Source: Sphaerodactylus townsendi | Taxonomy: Eukaryota | Assembly (NCBI RefSeq): GCF_021028975.2 | Contig: NC_059425.1 | Span: 119,660,001-119,724,000, forward strand | Length of the DNA: 64,000 bases | Direction: 5' to 3' | Shown: piece after piece, positions 55,111-64,000 of the stretch | How the letters are laid out: each line of letters opens with the position of its first letter | How positions within the stretch are numbered: the stretch's first letter is position 1 | Made by a program: the position numbers and the translations under genes | The notes under the pieces: model-generated | The model's database searches: none | Seen by the model: only the letters and a program-made list of their open reading frames with translations | Told to the model about the DNA's origin: nothing

Positions 55111-57135
55111 TTGGATTATTTATTCTTATATATATATATATTCTGCCTCATGAGTCTCTTGGATGGTGTGAGATATATATATATATATATATATTTTTCA
55201 AGGCAAGTACAAGGAGGTCCACAGCACTGGCTACTTTCCAAGCTTAGGTCAAGTCAGATATAGTACATTAGGCATCATCAACCAATTTTCATGTGACCAG
55301 TAGACTTATCAGTAACATCTGTCTGAATCCTATCAAATTTGTGGATTTTTCTGCCTCATGAGTCTCTTGGATGGTGTGACTCAGAATCTTGTGTAGGACT
55401 CATTATCTATCTAACCAGGCATAGTGAATAGCTGTATGTATACTGAGGGGGAAAGGAGGAAGAAAAGGGTCACATTTGGCATGTACTTCAGGAGAAGATA
55501 GCAAAAGCCAGGAAAAGAAGGCCATAAACTGAAGGAATGCAGACTTTCTGTCTCTCTCGTGGATAAAGGAGAAGGCAACTTGGCCACATTGTAGGGCAAA
55601 GGGGAACTTTTAGGACATTTGTGGAATGCCAGTTAACTAGAAAGAAAGAATCAATTAAATCAATTCATATAATTAAACTTTTCACCATCAATACTGTGCA
55701 GACAATACTGTGCAGGCAATCCCAGTAAACCATCATTTTGTTTTTGCAAAATACACAGATTGGTTTCAAGAGAGAAGTAATCTTAAAGGAAATTTCCAAT
55801 TGGCTTCAGCTAAGTTCACTGTTCTCAGATTTTCTGTAGGTGTTAGCACCACCCCTCCCCCCCCCCCCCCACATATATTAGCTCACATGGTTCAGATGTG
55901 AATCTGGTATGGGAGTGGGAATTCCCATTCCATGGATACTAGCCAGTGACTGGTTGAATAGGTCAGGAAGTTATGGCCAGTGTTTTTATAAGTAATTTTT
56001 ATAAGTATAGTTAGAGAGAAGAATTCTTATCCCTTTACTCTTTTCTTCCTACTCTTTTTTTGCTGCCAAGAAGATATGTGTATTATGATCTGGTACTTTT
56101 TGCTTTAAGAACCAACTATGCTGTGTTAGGACTTCAATAAGAAAGATAGCTAGTCAGTTTTGTTATGTTGTATACTTCACTGTCACTGAGCTTCATGCTT
56201 TGTTTTTAATATCTATTCTTAAATTTCTTTAATAAAACCTTCTTTTGCTTTATGGTGTATGTTGCTTGGGGAGTCACTCAGACCAAACCTGGGTAAAGCT
56301 TGTTTATATTACTGCACCAAGGCAAGGTCAGCCTTGACAACACATAAGTCTAAATGTACAGATAACAAATTACAATAAAAGTACCATTTTCTTGTCAATA
56401 GAATGCACATTGTACAAAATTAATGGCCCATTCTGGATGGGGGTAGCCAAAAATTATCTGGAGGCAGTACAGGGCTGTGCCTTTTGGGTGGCATAAGTTC
56501 ATTAAGTCCTATGGAGGGCTTTCTGATGGTGGTGGGGTTTTGCCTTTTTCTTTCTCGCTGCACCACTGAAAAGCCCTCTGAAGGCAGCAGGATGGCACCA
56601 TTCCCAGCTGGTGGAGGATCTGGAATGGGCTGCCCATATCCTGATAACAAATGCAGTGCCTTTACAAACAAAAAAAGAGAGATAATTGCATAAGACTGAA
56701 TGTCCTGATAACAAATAAATTGACAGTTTGCTGGTTAATTAAGTCACCATTTTGATATGTTCTTTGGAATTATTTTTTCTATTGCAGTCTTATTGTAAAG
56801 AGAAACAGCACTGATTAACTGGAAAAAATAGATAAATATCTGACACATTTCATTTTAATGGAAATGTAACCTACTTCTCTTTAATGAAAATGCCTGTTTC
56901 TGTCAGTTATAAAACTTCATATACTTTCCATGCTAGTGAGTATTTAAGTTGGATTCAGAAAAGAAAGAAGTCATATTACAAATTTATGATGGTTACTAAA
57001 GCATGTAAGAGAGTTTCAGAAGAAAATCAGCTTGTACTTCATAGGTTACAACAAAGCTTTCAACTATGTGTATCATAAAAAGCTATGGATGGTTGTTTTA
57101 AAGAGATAGGAATGCCACAATATCTGATTGCTTAT

Positions 57136-58378
57136 CAAGGACGTAGGTAAGGTGGGGGGAGTTCTCAGGTTCAACCCCCCCATTCATGTCCGAAGCTCCG
57201 CCCCCCCGTTTGTGGGTTTTTAAAACATTTTTAGTGTTGTTTGTTTTTGGCCTGCAGGGAGCGCACTGTTTAGGCTAGCAGCACCAAACTTTCAGGGATT
57301 GTTTGGGAGACTCTCCTAATGATACCCCCAAAGTTTGGTGAGGTTTGGTTCAGGGGGTCCAAACTTAGGGGCTCCCAAAGGGGGTGCCTCATCCGCCATT
57401 GTTTCCAATGGGAGCTAATAGAAGATAAGGGCTACACCTTTGAGGGTCCATAACTTTGGACACCCTGAACCAAACTTCACCAAACCTGGGTGGCATCATC
57501 AGGAGAATCTCCTGAAGATACCCTGAAAGTTTGGTGCTGATACATCCAAAAATGCGCCCTCTGCTGGAACATTCCAGAAACTTGCCCAAAAATCTTTCTT
57601 CTGGAGTGAGTTTTCTGCATTTCTGTCAATGGGGGATGCAGGCTGGGGGAGCACATTTCTGAAGGCACAGTCTCAAAACTTTCAGGGTCTCATCAGGAGA
57701 CGGGCCTGATGATACCGCCCCAGGTTTGGTGCAGTCTCATTCAGGGGGGCCAAAGTTATGGACCCACAAAGGGAGCTAAGGACTCTCAATGGACCCTCAA
57801 GTTATGGACCCTCAATGGGAATTAAGGAGATGGGGGCTACCCTTTTGAGGGTCCATAACTTTGGCCCCCCTGAACCAAACTGCACCAAACTTGGGGGGTA
57901 GCATCAGGACAGTCTCCTGATGATACGCTGACATTCTGGTGCCGATATGTTTAAAAGTGCACCCCCTGCAGGCACCAATGACCTGGTGAGGTGGCCGCCC
58001 ATGGGGGGGGCATCCGACTCAGGTTTTGCCCAGGGTTCAAATTTGCCTCGTTACGCCCCTGTGTTTTGGGGTGGATTCCAGCATCACAGCGGCTGCCTGG
58101 GGGGGGGCCCTCAGATTTTGCCCTGGGCTCCATTTTCCCTCTATGCCTCTGCCCAGAGGGGAGCATAGAAGGAACTGCCGGCTGCTGGCTGGGAGCCCAG
58201 CTGGTGGGGGGCAAGGGAGGGCAGGGCAGGGGAGTCTGCCATCCCCAGTCTTGGAGAGCTGCTTTTCTAAGTGCTAGGCCGGGGTGGGGCTTGGGGAGGC
58301 ATGGCCATGCTCTAGGGGTGGGTGGGGGTGTGGCCCCACCCTTGAACCCCCCCATAAAAATCTATACCTACGTCCCTG
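57136..58378. mobile_element. Composite non-autonomous hAT-like element
   Basis: TIR caaggacgtaggta / tacctacgtccctg (13/14); internal repeats shared with 39655-40521. Confidence 0.8.
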
Positions 58379-58387
58379 GCTTAGATT

Positions 58388-58739
58388 CAGTGGCGGAGCT
58401 ACCAGGAGGATGTGTGTGTATTGCACCAGGCACATGCCGGGGAGAATCGCCCCCACAGTGCCCCCCCTGCACTTACCTTAGTTTAGCCTGAAAGTGCAGA
58501 TTGGAAAAGCTGCCTGTTCACTTGAGGCTGCAAATGGCCTGGTGGGAACTACACTTCCCAGGAGACTTTGCGAGTCCCAAGGTCTCCTGGGAAATGTAGT
58601 TCCACCAGCCTGTTTTCAGCCTCAAGTGAACAGGCCACTTTTCCCACCCTGCACTTTCAGGCTAATCTAAGGTAAGTATGGGGGTGGGGGGGAAACACAG
58701 AGTGCGCACCAGGTGCTGTATGGCCCCGCTGTGCCTCTG
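58388..58739. mobile_element. hAT-like MITE with a long internal palindrome
   Basis: Ends cagtggcg / tgcctctg; 8-bp TSD cttagatt/cttagata; inverted arms ~58470-58680. Confidence 0.75.
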
Positions 58740-61049
58740 CTTAGATACGCAACCTATACTCTGGACAAGAGGCCACTGTTAGGACAAAATATGGAGAAAC
58801 AGAATGGCTCCTGGTTGACAAAGGTATAAGAAAAGGGATACATTTTGTCTCCCTATCTTTCCAATCTATATGCAGAACATTTAATAAGAAAAACAGGATC
58901 AGATGTAGATGAATATGGAGTCCAAATCGGTGGAAGGAACATTAACAATTTGAGATATGCAAATGACACTATATTACTACCAGAAAATAGTGATGACTTG
59001 AAACAACTATTGACAAAAGTTAAAGCAGAAAGTCAAAGCAGAATTCCAGTTGAAACATAAAGAAAATGTACATCAAGAGGATGTAATGACTGCTGGGGAA
59101 TTGCACAACTTTAAGGGTGATGTTGAAGACATTGAAATTGTTAAAAAAATTTCTGTTCTTTCACTCAATTATCAACCAGAGACTGAGAAATCATAAGGAG
59201 ATTGAGCCTGGGAAGGGCAGCCATGAAAGAGTTAGAAAAGATCCTTAAGTTTAATGATCTGTTGCTGGTAACCAAGATCAAAATAGTTCATACAACAGTA
59301 TTTCCTGTTACTATGTATGGTTGTGAAAGTTGGACAATGAAAAAGCTAGCACAAAGAAAGTTGATTCATTTGAAATGTGGGGTTAGAAGTTGTTATACCA
59401 TTGCCACCGAAAAGACAAAAAAGTGGGTTCTAGATCAAATCAAGCCTGAATTTTCCTTAGAAGTTAGAATAACTAAACTGAGGCCATCATATTGTGGTCA
59501 CATAAGAAAACAAGAGTTATTGGAGAAGCCAGGAAGAAGGCAGCAGAAAAAGAGGAAGACTCAACATGAGACGGATTGATTCAGTCAAGGAAACCACAGC
59601 CCTCAGTTTGCAACATCTAAGCAACAATAGGATGTTTCTGAGGTCACTAATTCATAGGGTCACTGTAAGTTGGAATCGACTTGATGGCTTTTAACAGACA
59701 CATGGAATAGTCAAATGTATTCTTTGAATCTTGAAAAATTCTTAAAACCCTAGAGTAAAAATGTGAAGGTCTCATTAAAAACCTGGGGAAAATTGGAGAT
59801 GGAATCTGAAAATTTCCTGTGTTTTTTTTTCCCAAGCCCCTCCAACCATTTTGGAGAACTGAAAATCTCATGAAATATTTTTTGAATGAGTGAAATGCTT
59901 CTAAAGACAAGGTGGGCATACTGTACGTATATACACTTCTTCAAACCAAGATACATTTCTGCACCTAATCTTCATGATTAGGTAACATGTACAGCTTTCA
60001 TTGCTTCTCAACTGTTGCATTCCTTCTGTTGTATTTTTTTGAGCAAACTTGTGGTTCACTTTTTCATCTCTCTCTCAAACCACTGTGACACATATACCTA
60101 AAGACTGTGGGGAAAAAAAGTAGCTTGTTGTTCTACCTTGCAGGAGGGATAAAAAAGATCAGAATGAGGTAGGGCAGAAACTGCTAAAAATTTATAGAAA
60201 AAAACCCTGAAAGTTCCATCAAGTGCTCTCTCTAACCAGATAGCAAAAATTAAGGCTCATGTGCTAAAATAACATGTTACATCAGTACACAATTTTCTCT
60301 CAAGTACTGTGTATATTTGCCATTTCATTAGTATAAAACTAAGGCATTTATAACTTTTACATTTCATAAATACTACATTTTCACATGCTAAATAAATTAT
60401 AAATGAGACATTTTATGTTAAAGCTGAGAAAGTAATTTAGGTTAAACAGGACAGTAAGTATTGCATATATTTCAATTCCCCCAAAATTTCAGGGGAAGTT
60501 TCTCGATAAAATGGGGGAATCCTCCCCCTCCCACAGGCTACAGATGTTTTACATCTCTAGACCTACCTCCAAAGTCTCATAACACCCAACCCTGCCTGAC
60601 ACAAATTCAATAGAGTGGTATTTCTGAAGAGCTATGTGAAAAGAAGGAAAATGTCAATCCCTGAACTTGGACTGGTGGCTCATATATTTCAGAAGGTTAC
60701 AGATGATCTGCTACATCAGCTCCCCAGAAAGGTAAATCTGTTCATTTCTTTGGAGGTTCTCAGTTCGGTTTCTAAACCTATGGGAAAGGCACACTTGATT
60801 TCATAACTTACACTGCTTGTGTTAAATTTACTGCATTGCATTTCAATGAATCATTGATGTCATTATTCACTGATGAGCATCAAGAGTATCATAAACTAGA
60901 TGACAGCCATGTTTTACTGAACAATAAATATTAAAATGATGCTCAGACCTCCTCTTCAGGCTCCATTAATGACTCATCTATGTATGCTTCACTTCCATCA
61001 TCAAGCTTCAATGCTTACTGCCAGGTCACAATCTACAACCTGAAGCGTT

Positions 61050-61237
61050 AATGGTGTAACAGACTAATGGACTCATGTTTGGGAGATCCAGGCTTGAATT
61101 CCAACTCCACCATGCAAGTTCACTCTGTCAGCTTAACCTACCTCACAGGGTTGTTGCTATGAGAGGAGGGAAAATCAATGTAATGAGCTTTGGTTTCCCA
61201 CTGGGGACAAAAATGGGGTACAAATGTCTAAATAAAT
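61050..61237 (+). mobile_element. Old tRNA-derived SINE
   Basis: gggagatccaggcttgaattcc...cagcttaacctacctcacagggttgttg...aataaat. Confidence 0.65.
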
Positions 61238-63111
61238 TCATAGATTAAATAAAATTAGCATGGATCGAGCCACTGTCTACAGAGTTCACTTATGCAGTTA
61301 ATTACAAGGTACACTCATTTTTAGGAACTGTTAATTTTACATATGAAAAATATGGATCCTTTCTACCAAATCAAGGGGGGCTAGCCAGTCAGTCAGTGGT
61401 TAGTGTTTTTAAGTCTCATTGATTTGAAGGGGGAACTCCCCCTGCTGAAATCAAGGGAGCTTTCAAATGCCAGTTGATTCTATTTACGATTTCTAAAATT
61501 TGAAATTTATTGTTAATGTCATTTCTATTTTTAAAAAGATTATTCACAGTTTGCTTCCTAACTCTAAAGGATATATGAAAACAGGGGAAGGGGGTGAATT
61601 TGTCTTGGTGAACAAAAATACCATTCTAAAATCCCTTACGACATTCCATTTCTATAGTTTCACGTCATGTCACTTTCTTTCTCTTTTTTGCTCTTTAATT
61701 ATTTAGAAATTTATAGGTGGTCTTTCTTATACATTCTGAAATATCTTCTTCCAAGTGCATAAAGGCAGAAATGAGTGACAGTGATGAAGCAAAGAAATCT
61801 AAAATATGATAAATAATGCCATTAGTTTTCAGTTGAAATAAAATATTGGCTCACACAATTCCATTCTATGGACATCTGAAAGGGTTTGTTTGTTCACATT
61901 CACATTTTGAGACTTAAAAATGCTTACCAGTGATCTTACAGGAATGCTTCACATGAAATCACAATTTAATTCCTGCTTGGATACTTCATTCCTGTGGGTT
62001 TGGAGTCCTTTTTGCCTTAACTGGTGTTGAGTGAGAAAATGATGACTTCCAGTGTGCAGAGAGGCGCTTCTTGCAACACATTAATAATGTATTCACAATA
62101 CATTAAAAAATCCTAAGTTTCATCTTGAGAAACTCAGTCAAGTCCGAGAAAGAAGAGTATTCCCAATAACCAGAGCTAGTGGTTTAAAGACAGTTTATTG
62201 TCTTACAGTCACACACATGTATTGTCCTCCTATTTATCTACATGAATTGTAGACCAGAAGTGCTCTAGTCTACACTTTTATTAAATCGTCCTGAACCATA
62301 AAGCCTACTCTGTAAATATATAAATTTGTCTCCTGGAAATGTTAGCAGTAACTTCAGTTCGCATGACAAATTAGGAAGGCACTTCCACAAAATTTATCAA
62401 GATTCTGGTTTTTTTTTCAAAATAGTTCAACCTTGCACTTAAATGTTTCTCAAAGTTTGATGTAAATCTTGTATTTTAAAGCAAGTCAGTGTTGAATGTA
62501 TGTAAGGGCACTGCTTTCTTTAAGTCTAACACTCAGTTACAACCAATTTCCTATTACTTGAAATGAAGTGCCTAAAACAACTCAAGGCCTTGTAAACACT
62601 TTAAAATTCCACTTACCAACCGTTATACGTATTACATAATTATTAGTTACAAAAACTTTAAATAGCTTTTGGGAAACAAATAAATAATCTCGTAATTCAG
62701 ATTTCCCAAGAGCATTGAGGTTTAAACGGCTAGTGTGTACAGAAGGATTTGGGTTATTTTTAGTGCTAGTTATGTATGTGAGGTCAAAAACTTCCATTTA
62801 TGTGGTTTTCAGGGCCTTTCTCAATAGATTATTTATCTCAGCATGCCTGTAGGCTTCATGACTTGGCTGCCTCCATCCCCTTTTCCCCTAGATTATTCCT
62901 AAACAACTACCCTTAACTTATGGAAGAGATAAAAGGTATACATTCAGATTGTATTGTAATTAAATGAGGAAAATGTAACTTGACATAGCTACAATCCATT
63001 TAGTAGTTAAAGAATACCTAAATTTTCAGTTTCCATTTTAAAGAAGAGATATAGTATTGCATTTCTTTACACTGAGATACATTTGCTTCGAGCCAGAGTA
63101 TTAATCAGGAA

Positions 63112-63252
63112 GGCCCCTTCCGTACACGCAAAATAATGTGTTTTCAAACCACTTTCACAACTGTTGGCAAGTGGATTTTGCCATTTCGCACAGCTTCAAA
63201 GAGCATTGAAAGCAGTTTGAAAGTGCATTATTCTGCATGTGCGGAATGAGCA
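63112..63252. mobile_element. PIF/Harbinger-like MITE
   Basis: Inverted ends ggccccttccgtacacgcaaaataat / attattctgcatgtgcggaatgagc; 3-bp flanks gaa/gaa. Confidence 0.75.
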
Positions 63253-64000
63253 GAAGTTAATAATTCCAAATACTGGGAGTATCCCATTTTTCATAAAAAT
63301 ATTCATGTGAGGAAGGTAAAAAGGGAGAGATTAATTTGCAAGAGAACTTTGGATTTTGGCAAATCCACTTCTTTGTCTGCAGCCTTCCTGCTGTTGTGAT
63401 AGTGCTATATTACCTGGCATTACAAATGTTCAGTATATTCTGTTCTTGTGAAGTGATGGTGGAATTACATTCAAACCATGTAATTTCTTGCTCACAGAAA
63501 GTAAGATTATCTTTTGAAATCATCTCCACTCATAGTCCTGGATCCCATGGAACATTTCTACTTGTGCAAGAGTCCTTATGCAATTAACATGCATCATTAA
63601 CATGCTTCATGCAAAATCAACTTGACCATATCCAGTCTTGCATATATACACTTGCTCAAAGATGTAGAACAAGCTACAGAAGTAGAAAATCAGTGCTCAA
63701 TCTTACAAGTCTTGCACAAATGGAACTGTACAACTTCTCTTCTGCTGTAGGATCCAATCCCAATTGCTTGCCAAAGCCTTTAGCATAGAATTAGCAATCC
63801 CACTGCATGAATGGAAAGTACTTCCAAAGGTACATCAGATCAATTCTATTCTCAATATGTACCTCTTTATAAACTTTACAAAGGATAAGGAGATCCTTCG
63901 CCACAGGTTTTTTTTTTAGAGGACCAATTTGCTGCAGTGGTAGGGAAGAACCAGCTCCACTGTGTAAAATGACTTCAAATTATAATTCAATACCATCAGG

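Larger units (their letters stand above)
56995..59697 (+). mobile_element. Second RTE-BovB-like LINE (5'-truncated RT and 3' end), interrupted at 57136-58739
   Basis: ILSPYLSNLYAEHLIR...IGGRNINNLRYANDTILL; VFPVTMYGCESWTMKK; tail catagggtcactgtaagttggaatcgacttgatggc. Confidence 0.9.

Noticed and set aside
1-64000. Most ORFs in the six-frame track as standalone genes
   Set aside because: This is eukaryotic intron/intergenic DNA. The short ORFs are chance frames, transposon fragments or intron read-through around HDAC2 exons (e.g. 20946-21251, 30295-30660, 32261-32458).

Overview
Vertebrate (squamate reptile, probably a gecko judging by the SINE/MITE repertoire; inference) genomic DNA, not prokaryotic. 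The only intact gene is histone deacetylase 2 (HDAC2) on the + strand. Coding exons 2-14 run from 3448 to 36449, all with GT-AG boundaries and one continuous frame, followed by a 3' UTR with ATTAAA at 36765. Exon 1 and the promoter lie upstream of the window. The introns and the ~27 kb downstream region are dense with transposon remnants: a full-length Gypsy LTR element with a perfect 5-bp TSD, an internally deleted DIRS1-type element with inverted termini, CR1, L2, L1, RTE-BovB and Penelope LINE fragments, Squam3-like, Sauria and 5S-derived SINEs, and hAT (including SPIN), Tigger and Harbinger DNA elements. I see no convincing novel multi-gene system. The most interesting signals are structural: near-identical LTRs around an indel-shattered interior, inverted SINE pairs and a hairpin MITE in the HDAC2 pre-mRNA, a double hAT insertion at one site, a hammerhead-ribozyme-like palindrome and a Harbinger-type Myb/SANT remnant. 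Repeat family names come from motif recognition, not database searches, and unanchored repeat boundaries are approximate.
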